Positions 9,501-17,909 of a stretch of 64,000 nt of DNA are shown here, in pieces. Location of the stretch: the IMG/VR virus record IMGVR_UViG_3300031992_000041, positions 1 through 64,000 of that record; one strand, written 5' to 3'. This stretch comes from a virus. Its lineage: Duplodnaviria; Heunggongvirae; Uroviricota; Caudoviricetes. Position 1 is the stretch's first letter; each line of letters starts with the position of its first letter. The translations under genes were made by a program, and so were the position numbers. Under the pieces are notes generated by a model. That model was given only the letters and a program-made list of their open reading frames with translations, made no database searches and was not told where the DNA came from.

Positions 9501-10292
9501 CTACAATCCCATCACGGCTCGCGCTGCTGCAATGTCGGGGCGCGGGCTTTCCATGAACTTCCGGTACTGCCTGCAGTGGCCGCACGGACGGAACTCGCGC
9601 ATCCGCTGCCAGATGTCGGCAAAGTTGTCGGTATTGACATTGCCGACTGACGGGCACAGGCGGCTCTCTGACATGTGTACGTTACCCTCGCAATCCACCG
9701 ACGGCTTGCACATCTGGCGGTGCAGCATCATCGTGATACCGAACTCCTGCGGATCGGGCTTCTGGATAGCCACAAGGGTAGCGTTCAGACACGACATGAA
9801 GTGCGGGTTCTGGTCCACCTCCCGCTGCGCCTCGGGGTTTGTCCTGGCACGTCCGAGGTCCTGCATGAAGATGTGAGAGTCGGCATCGACAATCACCTTG
9901 TTGTACCGCTCGTATTCGTGCTTGTGGCTCACCACATAGTCGTATTCCTTGTACCATTGCTTATTGGTATATACCTGCATACCGAGGTAGCTGTGCAGCC
10001 GGCTTATCCACTCGATGCGCTGACGTTTGCGCTCGTCCTTCAACCACATGCCGTTCGACACGATGGAGAAGTTGCAGCCGGTAGCGAGGTCGAACCATTC
10101 GCACATTTCCGTGATGTGCTCGTTCTCCGTCGGCTCGCCGCCAGACAGCACGAAATGGCTGTTGCCTATATACGTGCCGAATTTCACGGCCTGCTTGAAC
10201 GTGTCAAGCGTCATCATCAGCCCCATTTCCTGTGCGTCCTCCATGCAGTGCGGACACATCATCGAGCATTTACTTGTAAGTTTTATCAACAT
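9501..10292 (-). CDS. radical SAM enzyme with additional C-terminal Cys cluster (SPASM/twitch-like?)
   Basis: N-terminal CSMMCPHC (CX3CX2C) at residues 9-16; SGGEPT SAM-binding motif; C-terminal CKPSVDC…C…CGHC Cys-rich segment. Confidence 0.7.
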   Translation of the reverse strand: MLIKLTSKCSMMCPHCMEDAQEMGLMMTLDTFKQAVKFGTYIGNSHFVLSGGEPTENEHITEMCEWFDLATGCNFSIVSNGMWLKDERKRQRIEWISRLHSYLGMQVYTNKQWYKEYDYVVSHKHEYERYNKVIVDADSHIFMQDLGRARTNPEAQREVDQNPHFMSCLNATLVAIQKPDPQEFGITMMLHRQMCKPSVDCEGNVHMSESRLCPSVGNVNTDNFADIWQRMREFRPCGHCRQYRKFMESPRPDIAAARAVMGL

Positions 10293-10320
10293 ATCGCCTT
10301 TAATTTATTTACCTTTTAAT

Positions 10321-10656
10321 TTATTTATTCTTTCGGCGGTTCCTCGCTATCTCAAAGGCTCGCTGTATGCGCTGCAGCCCCTCTATCAGTTTCGGTTTGT
10401 CGGCTTCCATGCGCTGCCTTATCTCACGGGCGGAGCGGTTGCCGTTGGCACGCTCCTGCTCGGTGGTGCGGCTGTTGAGCCACTTGTTCCAGCAGTCCTT
10501 TGAACAGAAGAAGTGACGGCCCTCGATGCCAAAGAGTATCGGCACCTTGAACACAAAGCCCCTCTGCTGTGCCTCTGCGCCAGCCGCGCCGCCATCCTTC
10601 TCGCTGTCGAAGAGGTGCTTGCCGCACTCCTCGCAATAATACTGATGCTGTGCCAT
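10321..10656 (-). CDS. hypothetical zinc-ribbon protein (111 aa)
   Basis: CEEC…CSKDC pairs. Confidence 0.5.
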   Translation of the reverse strand: MAQHQYYCEECGKHLFDSEKDGGAAGAEAQQRGFVFKVPILFGIEGRHFFCSKDCWNKWLNSRTTEQERANGNRSAREIRQRMEADKPKLIEGLQRIQRAFEIARNRRKNK

Positions 10657-10660
10657 ACGC

Positions 10661-11098
10661 TTAATATCGTTTAAGGAGTTGCGGATCGTCGTAGATATTG
10701 CCTACCACCTTGGCCCATTCGTGGGTGGGTGCGTTGCAGGGGAACTCGTCGTCGAGGTCGCCGTTCCACAGGAAGGCGAACACGCCGCGAACGAAGCGCA
10801 CCTCCAGGCGGCTATCTTCGTCGGCATAGCTGACGTCGAGAATGTCACCTTCGTAGATGTCGTTTCCGTTGATGTCGCGCAGACCAGTAAACTGTCCGAC
10901 GGTATCGCACAGCACTTCCGTTTCGGTGCCGTAAAGATCAACGATACGTCCCTTATCGTTCCTTGGCTCTAACGTGCCGTTGTCCGTCGCTCCTGGTCTT
11001 ACGCGACGCTGGGCAATGTACTGGAATGTACCATATACCCATGCCGGTTGATTACCGACCATATAGCAGGGCTTTGCTCTGAATCTGATTGTTCGCAT
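10661..11098 (-). CDS. YopX-domain protein (start at internal MRTIRFRAK)
   Basis: ATG (rc) at 11096-11098 preceded by GGAGGACTGACT; YopX motifs TVGQFTGLRDINGNDIYEGDIL…VVGNIYDDPQLL; the upstream part of the track ORF overlaps the next gene. Confidence 0.8.
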   Translation of the reverse strand: MRTIRFRAKPCYMVGNQPAWVYGTFQYIAQRRVRPGATDNGTLEPRNDKGRIVDLYGTETEVLCDTVGQFTGLRDINGNDIYEGDILDVSYADEDSRLEVRFVRGVFAFLWNGDLDDEFPCNAPTHEWAKVVGNIYDDPQLLKRY

Positions 11099-11100
11099 AG

Positions 11101-11565
11101 TCAGTCCTCCAAATACCAAAGCATGATTGCATCGTCGCTGTCGCGGAACATTCCCTTGTTGTCGAAGATGTTTCCTACCACCTCCACATTCTCCATCTGC
11201 AAGTCGTAGAACGATTTGTTGGTGAAGTTGCTGATTCCGCGCCTTTCGGATTCCTTGGTGACGTAGAGCATCACATAAAACTCGCCAATAGCGTCGTGGG
11301 TGTCGCATGATACGATACCCAAATAGTTCGTTTTTCCATCATCCATGAATGGGTAGTCGGTCGATTTGATGATGTCGCCCTCGTAGATTTCCTTGCCGTT
11401 CTTGTCCTTCAGTCCGACAAACTGCCCGATGGTGTCACGTTTTACTTGTTCGCCCTTGTTACCTCCCTGCTCGAAGATGCAAACGTCGTCCTTATGGTGT
11501 CTCAGGTCTCCATACAACCATTTGTTGCTCGCAATGTCTTGCGCTCTGAATCTGATTGTTCGCAT
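11101..11565 (-). CDS. YopX-domain protein
   Basis: MRTIRFRAQ…WLYGDL…IGQFVGLKDKNGKEIYEGDII…VVGNIFDN; the first 25 nt of its 5' end are identical to the 5' end of the downstream paralog. Confidence 0.8.
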   Translation of the reverse strand: MRTIRFRAQDIASNKWLYGDLRHHKDDVCIFEQGGNKGEQVKRDTIGQFVGLKDKNGKEIYEGDIIKSTDYPFMDDGKTNYLGIVSCDTHDAIGEFYVMLYVTKESERRGISNFTNKSFYDLQMENVEVVGNIFDNKGMFRDSDDAIMLWYLED

Positions 11566-11568
11566 AGC

Positions 11569-12393
11569 TCAGTCCTCCTTTTGCTTCTTCCTTCTTTCCA
11601 CCAGCACCGACAGGCTGTGGTGGATGTTGCCGACGTACTGGTACTTCTTGCCCAATGCTTCGAGCATGTGGTTCGAGTAGAAATGCTTGTCATCGACGAA
11701 ATCCAGCTCACCGTCCTTGCCGACATAGCCACGGCTGGGGGTGTAGAGCAGCTTGCGCCAGCCCTTGTCGGTGGCCACATAGACGCCCGCGTCGTCGCCG
11801 TGGAAGATCCAGTCGTAGAAGATGCGGTCGGTGGGGTCGCCGAAGAGGAAGTAGATGTCGCCCTCGTAGTAGTCCACCATTATGCGCTTGCGGTTGCTGT
11901 CCACCTCGCCGGTGTCGAGTTGGTCGAGCTGGTACGCCACTCCCGTGATCTCGATGTCGGTGCGCTCCACGAACCTGGCGAGGCTGATGATGTCGGAACG
12001 CTGCGTCAGCGAGAAGTCCGCGTGCCCGTCCAGTCCGTCCTTCGTGCGGTAGAAGTAGCGTCGGCGGTCCTTGCTGTAGTATCGCCCCTCGTCGTTGATG
12101 CCGGGCACGGTGCCGTCGTTGTCGTCGCCGCCTGTCAGCGAGTAGGCCGCCTCGGCTATCTCAATGGCCTTGGGCAGGTATTTCTCCGTCAGATTCTCGC
12201 TCTTTGCCCTCGTGCGCCGCAAAATGTCGGGTATGCGGCAGAAGAAGCCGTACATGATGTCGACGCTCTTCTCGTCGTCGATGCCAAACTGCGTGAGCGC
12301 AGCCAGCGCGAAGCGTTCCTTGCTCACGTAACACTTCATCTTCATGGCGTGGCTGATCACAGCCGCCGCCTGTTTCAGTTCTTCGTAGGTCAT
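11569..12393 (-). CDS. hypothetical protein with C-terminal YopX-like domain
   Basis: 274 aa; C-terminus …RIMVDYYEGDIYFLFGD…YVGNIHHS resembles the YopX core. Confidence 0.55.
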   Translation of the reverse strand: MTYEELKQAAAVISHAMKMKCYVSKERFALAALTQFGIDDEKSVDIMYGFFCRIPDILRRTRAKSENLTEKYLPKAIEIAEAAYSLTGGDDNDGTVPGINDEGRYYSKDRRRYFYRTKDGLDGHADFSLTQRSDIISLARFVERTDIEITGVAYQLDQLDTGEVDSNRKRIMVDYYEGDIYFLFGDPTDRIFYDWIFHGDDAGVYVATDKGWRKLLYTPSRGYVGKDGELDFVDDKHFYSNHMLEALGKKYQYVGNIHHSLSVLVERRKKQKED

Positions 12394-12398
12394 AATGC

Positions 12399-12644
12399 TC
12401 AGTCCTCCTTGCTTATCATCAGATGGTTCTCGTCGTTGTCGCCATAGAGCGCACGCTTGCCGTTCTGCATAAACGTCTCGCGGCAGATGAACTCCACGTT
12501 TGTCACTACCCTGTCGCCCGAATATCCGTAGTCCTGGGCGTTCAGTTCCCTCGTCACTTCGCCTGCAGCGTAGTCGAAGGTCGTTGCTATGACGTGAAAA
12601 ACGCCACAGCCCCTTGTCTTTACTCTGAATAATGATTTCTCCAT
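12399..12644 (-). CDS. hypothetical protein (81 aa)
   Basis: ORF track; GGAGGACTGA junction. Confidence 0.45.
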   Translation of the reverse strand: MEKSLFRVKTRGCGVFHVIATTFDYAAGEVTRELNAQDYGYSGDRVVTNVEFICRETFMQNGKRALYGDNDENHLMISKED

Positions 12645-12713
12645 AATCGTATTCCTTTTTAAGATATTTATTTTCGTTCCTCGAAATACGGGCAGGTCTT
12701 AGGCTCTCCCCCG

Positions 12714-13253
12714 TTAGTCTGAGGTCTTCCCATGTTGCTGTGATTTATATTGTTCAACCTTGGCGATAAGCCTTGCTTCCGCCTGCTCGATGTTTTCTTT
12801 CTTGACGGCGAGCTTGGCCTTTATCCTGACCACCTCCTGGTCGGTGTCCTCGCTGAAGAACATGTTCGTTGCCTTCTGCTCGGATATGTAATTGTCGAGG
12901 ATGCGCTGCTGCTTGGTGTACTGTGCCTTGGCGGCCACGAAGGTGTCGATGTCCTTCTGCATGCCGATGTTCACACCCATCACCTTCTTGTAGGGACAGT
13001 GGTAGATGCGCACGCAATAGCGGGGGTACTGGCACTGCAGCCTGGCGGCACGCCACCGTATCACCCAGTCATACTTCTCTGCAAGCCATCGCGGCAGATC
13101 GTAGTGGTAGAGCCCGACGTACTCACCCGCCTTGTCGCCTTCGCGCTCGATGCTGATGCTGTCCCAGTGCTCAATGCCGAGACTTTTTTCCTGTCTGGCA
13201 ATCTCCTTTGCCATCAGGAAATAATCCTGAAGAGACTCCTGCTTGCCTGCCAT
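12714..13253 (-). CDS. hypothetical protein (179 aa)
   Basis: ORF track; GGAGGACTGAGCGATG start context. Confidence 0.5.
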   Translation of the reverse strand: MAGKQESLQDYFLMAKEIARQEKSLGIEHWDSISIEREGDKAGEYVGLYHYDLPRWLAEKYDWVIRWRAARLQCQYPRYCVRIYHCPYKKVMGVNIGMQKDIDTFVAAKAQYTKQQRILDNYISEQKATNMFFSEDTDQEVVRIKAKLAVKKENIEQAEARLIAKVEQYKSQQHGKTSD

Positions 13254-13256
13254 CGC

Positions 13257-13814
13257 TCAGTCCTCCTTGCTGATACCGTACTCCTTTTCCATCGCATCTT
13301 CCATAAAGCGAACGTCACTGATAAACTCCTCCTCGGGCCAGCGACCTTCGACAATGAGCGTGCGTACCGACCGCCACCAGGTATCAACCAGACACTCCGT
13401 TTCTTCCATCAGTACGTCGATGGCTTTCTGGATGTCGTCACCGCTCCTTGCGGCTTGCATCCAATGGATGAAGTGATAGCACATGTTGACGTACTTATAC
13501 ATCCTGCCTTGATAGAAGGCTGTGATTTCGGCCACGGGGTACGGCTCACGGCTGAGCGAGCCCAACTTGACAAACATATTGGCACTGACCGTCTGCTCGT
13601 CCGCTGTTCCTGTCTTGACCGCCATGTTCTTGAAGGCGATGTATTTGTACTCTTTCTCCAGGATGCTGAGGAACTTGGTGCAGTTCTCGCGGCTCCTGAA
13701 TCCGTAAGGCATCGGTGCAAACTCCGTCGGTGCATGGCCGAGCAGATAGAACCCGCGCTTCTCGAACTCATTGCGCAGCCTCTCGCTTAATTCTCTTTCT
13801 TGCCATGTTATCAT
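13257..13814 (-). CDS. hypothetical protein (185 aa)
   Basis: ORF track; GGAGGACTGAAATATG context. Confidence 0.5.
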   Translation of the reverse strand: MITWQERELSERLRNEFEKRGFYLLGHAPTEFAPMPYGFRSRENCTKFLSILEKEYKYIAFKNMAVKTGTADEQTVSANMFVKLGSLSREPYPVAEITAFYQGRMYKYVNMCYHFIHWMQAARSGDDIQKAIDVLMEETECLVDTWWRSVRTLIVEGRWPEEEFISDVRFMEDAMEKEYGISKED

Positions 13815-13817
13815 ATT

Positions 13818-14363
13818 TCAGTCCTCCTTATCTGTTAGTTCATAATTCTCCAATGCACATTTGCTCTTCAACTCTCGCTCGTGCTCTGCCTGGGCGAAAT
13901 CCTCCAGTCGCTTCTGGTAGGCATCGCGGTCTTTCAGGAACAGCCGATAGTCGAAACGAAGGCGATAGAATAGACTGATATATAGGCACTTCTCGTAGCC
14001 TACCAACTTCTCTTGTAGTTCAAACAGCGTCTTGACGTACTCGTCGCCGCTGTAGAACATGTTGACGTACTTGACAATCTCATCGACACAGTTGGCATTC
14101 CTGCCAGTGTTGCTCTCCTTGTCCCAGTCCCACCACTGCACGTCGTCCTGGTACTCGTGGCGCTTCATCAAGTCAAGCAGTCCAAGCAGGTAATTTGCAC
14201 GATCGTGCTTGATGAGATACTTACCCAGCCTAAACCACGTCGTGAGGTTCTTGCAAGCATAGACGTGCTCGCCGTTGATAGTCCCCTCTGACTTCATCGT
14301 CGGCTCCCTGCGTCCCGCATAGTCCTGTATTTTCCACTCGCGGATAAAAATTTCCTTTCTCAT
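13818..14363 (-). CDS. hypothetical protein (181 aa)
   Basis: ORF track. Confidence 0.5.
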   Translation of the reverse strand: MRKEIFIREWKIQDYAGRREPTMKSEGTINGEHVYACKNLTTWFRLGKYLIKHDRANYLLGLLDLMKRHEYQDDVQWWDWDKESNTGRNANCVDEIVKYVNMFYSGDEYVKTLFELQEKLVGYEKCLYISLFYRLRFDYRLFLKDRDAYQKRLEDFAQAEHERELKSKCALENYELTDKED

Positions 14364-14366
14364 CGC

Positions 14367-14681
14367 TCAGTCGTATTTACCAATGAATATATCGTCTCTA
14401 TCAGCCAGCGGACCGTAGAACCGCCGCTTCTCGTCCCAAGCCAGATGGTCGGCGCAGGATTTCGCCCGGGCCACCGTATTTTGCAGTTCGAGCATATCCA
14501 CGAACACTGCCGTGTTCCTCGGATGCTCCTTGATGTTCATCTTGCCCGTGGCTTCCTCCACGAGGCCGTCAACCAAAGCCTTTGCGTACTCAATGGCTTC
14601 GCATACCGTGGGGATGTCGTTGTGGATCTCCCCCGTCAGTTTGAAATTGTTTATCATATCGCCTTTGTTATTCCTTTGCAT
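14367..14681 (-). CDS. hypothetical protein (104 aa)
   Basis: ORF track; ACGAACTATG start context. Confidence 0.5.
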   Translation of the reverse strand: MQRNNKGDMINNFKLTGEIHNDIPTVCEAIEYAKALVDGLVEEATGKMNIKEHPRNTAVFVDMLELQNTVARAKSCADHLAWDEKRRFYGPLADRDDIFIGKYD

Positions 14682-14812
14682 AGTTCGTCATATCCTTCAC
14701 CATCATGGCATAGCCGTCGGAGAACTCACGCTCGTCGAAGCCCTGGCGGGTGTACCAGTCGAAGACCCACTTTGGGGAGTCGCGTCGGTCCCATTCCAGC
14801 GTTCAGTCCTCC

Positions 14813-15142
14813 TTAATCTATTTCGTACTGATCCCACACTTCGCCATCCTTCCTCAATGTCAGTTCGACCTCATGGTCTTCGACCTTGAGAAAGACTTCA
14901 TGCACTATCACCTCGTCCTTGATATCAGTCTTGCCTTCTTCGTTGGTGAACGGGCACCCGTCGCCACAACCATACTTTTTGAGACACTTGCGCAACTCTT
15001 TCCTCAGCCTTTCCTCGCAGGCATCAGACATCCAAAACACGTCGCCCACTCTCGGCAGGAACGGCAGCATTTCCTCTTCCTTGGTCTGACCGTACATATT
15101 CTTGCACTCCCAGAGACCAACCTTTATCTTCCAGTCTCCCAT
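14813..15142 (-). CDS. hypothetical protein (start at MGDWKIK)
   Basis: ATG (rc) at 15140-15142 preceded by GGAGGACTGACCAG. Confidence 0.5.
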   Translation of the reverse strand: MGDWKIKVGLWECKNMYGQTKEEEMLPFLPRVGDVFWMSDACEERLRKELRKCLKKYGCGDGCPFTNEEGKTDIKDEVIVHEVFLKVEDHEVELTLRKDGEVWDQYEID

Positions 15143-15146
15143 CTGG

Positions 15147-15512
15147 TCAGTCCTCCTCTGCATCTACTATATACGGGTATATGCCAAACATCGGAAACGA
15201 GAACCCTCTGGTGTGAATGCGGTATCTCTTTCCTTCCTGCAGTTTTCCGAAAGCCGATGAACACATTATGCCGTCCGGGCTTATTTCCATCGTTCCCATG
15301 TCGGTGCCGACGAGATAGGTGTACGACGTGATTACATTCCCTTCGTGGCCGCTCACATGCTGTTGCGTTGTTATCGACTGCACCGTGGCGGTCACGGTAT
15401 TTTCTTTCGCGTACTGAATGTAGGTACTGACGCCTACCAGTACGACAAACACAAGCAGACAGAATCCGTTAAATCCTATCATGCCGAAGAAACTCTTTCT
15501 TTTCTTAATCAT
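15147..15512 (-). CDS. hypothetical membrane-anchored protein (121 aa)
   Basis: N-terminal TM helix FNGFCLLVFVVLVGV. Confidence 0.5.
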   Translation of the reverse strand: MIKKRKSFFGMIGFNGFCLLVFVVLVGVSTYIQYAKENTVTATVQSITTQQHVSGHEGNVITSYTYLVGTDMGTMEISPDGIMCSSAFGKLQEGKRYRIHTRGFSFPMFGIYPYIVDAEED

Positions 15513-15561
15513 AATTCGGCCTCCTTAATAGTCATTTCTTATCACTTAAAATTCAATATAA

Positions 15562-15774
15562 TTATTTCAACACCAGCCGAAGCGCAAACAGCGCGTCGCC
15601 TTTACTTACCCCCCCCATCACGGTATTATATACATTCTCCAGGGCGCGAGGGTTGATGTCCTTGATGCGGTTCATCTCCGGAACCGTCAGTTTGTGGCCT
15701 GCCACTGTCGCGATCCTGAACACCATCGCCGTCCGGCTCAATCCATTCCCTGCGAATATCTTCTTCGTTGCCAT
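15562..15774 (-). CDS. hypothetical protein (70 aa; start at internal MATKKIF)
   Basis: ATG (rc) at 15772-15774; the upstream part of the track ORF overlaps the YopX gene. Confidence 0.4.
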   Translation of the reverse strand: MATKKIFAGNGLSRTAMVFRIATVAGHKLTVPEMNRIKDINPRALENVYNTVMGGVSKGDALFALRLVLK

Positions 15775-15776
15775 AG

Positions 15777-16214
15777 TCAATCCTTGTAGCTTGGTACGTT
15801 CATCAATTCCGGGTTGTCGTGTATGTTGCCAACCACCTCGCAGATGATGGCGTGCTTGAGGAAGGCGATCAGCGTGTGGTTCTTGAACTCCGGCCAATCG
15901 TCGCCATCCTTTATCGACTGGTATTCGTATGTATTCATGATACCCCACGATGCCGTCTCTTCGTTCCAGCCAACGAGTTGGTTCCCGCCGGACCTGTCGG
16001 CGAACTCCACGAAGAGGATGTCACCCTCGTAGATCTCCTGGTCTTTCTTGTCGTGCAGGCCGGTGTACTGGCCGACGGTTTCGGGGTCGATGACGAGGCA
16101 TCCTCTTTCGAGCGTAGTGATATGGGTATTGCCTTTGGTGTCGCGGTCGAACAGGTTCCCGTAGAACCATTCACCATCGCGCAACGATTTCCCTCTGAAC
16201 TTTATCTCTCTCAT
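15777..16214 (-). CDS. YopX-domain protein
   Basis: MREIKFRGKSLRDGEWFYGNL…TVGQYTGLHDKKDQEIYEGDILFV…VVGNIHDNPELM. Confidence 0.8.
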   Translation of the reverse strand: MREIKFRGKSLRDGEWFYGNLFDRDTKGNTHITTLERGCLVIDPETVGQYTGLHDKKDQEIYEGDILFVEFADRSGGNQLVGWNEETASWGIMNTYEYQSIKDGDDWPEFKNHTLIAFLKHAIICEVVGNIHDNPELMNVPSYKD

Positions 16215-16225
16215 AATCTATCGTT

Positions 16226-16717
16226 TTACATATTCAAAACTACATACTTCCCTTCGATGCCGCAGCGGCGCAGGCGGCGGTCGCACTCATGGCCCCATGC
16301 CACGAGGCATGACCCGAAGAACGGCGAGCTCTGGCGGCCGTCCGGCTGGATGAATTTCACGCGGTGGCGCATGAAGATCATCGAGGCTGCCGTGGGGAAG
16401 ATGACCTCCTGCCAGAGCAGGTTGTCCTGGCGGTTCACCAGCAGGGCGATGCCGTCGCCGTGGGCTGCCATCTTCTCGCAGAAGCGGCGCAGCGGCTCGC
16501 GGCTGTAGGGAGGGTTCATCCACACCGTGCCGTGCCAGTCGCGTGCCAGTCCGTCATCGTCCTTCGTGTAGCACACCGGCGCAATCTCGAACGGGCGCAC
16601 GTCCGCAGCAGGGGCGCACGGGTCGAGGTCGAAAGGTCCCAACTCGTCGATGATCCACTTTGGCGTGTACCACTCGTCGGTCGATACTTTCGGGTTATGC
16701 TGCTGTCGGGCATCCAT
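16226..16717 (-). CDS. dam: phage-type DNA N6-adenine methyltransferase (T1 Dam family)
   Basis: 163 aa; EWYTPKWIIDELGPFDLDPCA and VWMNPPYS (NPPY catalytic motif) match the small phage Dam family. Confidence 0.85.
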   Translation of the reverse strand: MDARQQHNPKVSTDEWYTPKWIIDELGPFDLDPCAPAADVRPFEIAPVCYTKDDDGLARDWHGTVWMNPPYSREPLRRFCEKMAAHGDGIALLVNRQDNLLWQEVIFPTAASMIFMRHRVKFIQPDGRQSSPFFGSCLVAWGHECDRRLRRCGIEGKYVVLNM

Positions 16718-17034
16718 CAGTCTTGCTCCTTTTCCTTCTCCTTCTTCTCAGGCTTTTCAAGCAGCCAGGACTTGACATAGAAATCGCCTTCGGACCGCCC
16801 GACAAAAGACAGCACGAAGAATACAATGCACAGCACGACATTGCCTATCGGCGCAAAGCACACGGCCACCATCAGAATATATACAATCCGTGGATAGACG
16901 ATGCACTCGTCGGTCGGCTCATAATCGTGTGTATCTACACAATACTTCGTCTTATACGTCCTGAAGGCCACCAGATAGGCGCAGTACAGACTGAGCAGCA
17001 CGCTCAGCAGGTAGAATATCGTATTCGTTCCCAT
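16717..17034 (-). CDS. hypothetical integral membrane protein (105 aa)
   Basis: three predicted TM helices. Confidence 0.5.
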   Translation of the reverse strand: MGTNTIFYLLSVLLSLYCAYLVAFRTYKTKYCVDTHDYEPTDECIVYPRIVYILMVAVCFAPIGNVVLCIVFFVLSFVGRSEGDFYVKSWLLEKPEKKEKEKEQD

Positions 17035-17038
17035 AGCC

Positions 17039-17887
17039 TTACTTGTTCATGATTTTCGACACGTCCATGATCATCCCGCTGCCGCTGACGATCTGGGGCA
17101 TCTTGCCGTCCCACTTCTCTATCATGTCCTCCTGCACGATCATAGGCGATAGCGACGCGGCGATGGTCTTGTTGTAGTACGCCTCCGCGTCGGCCTTGAT
17201 TTTCATGGCCTTGGCGTTACCCTCTGCCTTGGCCACGGCAATCTTGGCGTTCGCCTCGGCCTCCTTCACCTCGTTCTCTGCCTTCAGCGCCGACTGTATG
17301 GCGGTGTTCTTCGCGTCGATCATGGACACGAGCGACTTGGGCGGGGTTATCTTCGAGGTGAACTCCTCGACCACGAAGCCCTCTGCCTCCAGCGACTTCT
17401 CCAGGCGGCGGCGCACGTCGCTCTCGAAGTTGGCACGGTTCGACATCAGCGAGTCCGAGGTGTACTGGTTGCCGCAGGTGCGGTAAGCCTCGTAGATGCA
17501 GGTACGGATATACCCCTCCTCCAGTTCCTTCACGCCGACGCGGTACTTGGTGAAGATGTCACACGCCTTGTCGGGGTTGATGCGGTAGGCGATGGTGGGG
17601 TCCATCTCGAAGAGCGAGGCATCCTTGGCGTTCACCGAGAACGTCTCGTACTGCTTGCGCTGCGTGAACGTGGGGTAGGTGAACACGTCGGTGGTGACGG
17701 GATTGTAGAACACCCATCCCTTGCACGTGCCCTCCACGCCGCCGTAGTCCTGCTCGCTGACCGACCACTTGTGGAACTTGATGCCCACCTCGCCGGAATC
17801 GACCACCGTGCAGCAGGCAAAGAAGATGATTACTACCAGCAGGACCGAGCCTGCGATTGCGATTAAGTTACGAATCTGTTTTTCCAT
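17039..17887 (-). CDS. SPFH/band-7 (stomatin/HflC-like) domain protein
   Basis: N-terminal TM, GEVGIKFHKW core, Ala/Lys/Glu-rich coiled-coil AEANAKIAVAKAEGNAKAMKIKADAEAYYNK typical of SPFH proteins. Confidence 0.7.
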   Translation of the reverse strand: MEKQIRNLIAIAGSVLLVVIIFFACCTVVDSGEVGIKFHKWSVSEQDYGGVEGTCKGWVFYNPVTTDVFTYPTFTQRKQYETFSVNAKDASLFEMDPTIAYRINPDKACDIFTKYRVGVKELEEGYIRTCIYEAYRTCGNQYTSDSLMSNRANFESDVRRRLEKSLEAEGFVVEEFTSKITPPKSLVSMIDAKNTAIQSALKAENEVKEAEANAKIAVAKAEGNAKAMKIKADAEAYYNKTIAASLSPMIVQEDMIEKWDGKMPQIVSGSGMIMDVSKIMNK

Positions 17888-17909
17888 AATTGCTATTGTT
17901 TAAAAGTTG

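Noticed and set aside
9501-10292. Calling the radical-SAM protein QueE or NrdG
   Set aside because: No 7-deazaguanine pathway genes or anaerobic RNR are in the window. The extra C-terminal Cys cluster is not typical of either. Left as a generic radical SAM.
11446-13790. Long plus-strand ORFs in the track (e.g. 11446..12447 333 aa, 12750..13790 346 aa, 28342..29394, 42367..44049 560 aa, 63097..63789)
   Set aside because: They run antisense to well-supported minus-strand genes and are Gly/Ala/Arg/Val-rich with low complexity, typical of spurious frames in high-GC DNA. They have no start context and no recognisable motifs.
11096-15160. Firmicutes host inferred from strong GGAGG Shine-Dalgarno sequences
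   Set aside because: Exact Bacteroidota -7 promoter boxes (TAnnTTTG), near-leaderless genes and a Bacteroidota-style HU protein elsewhere argue against it. The SD-like strings are confined to one module and double as Glu-Asp-stop codons.
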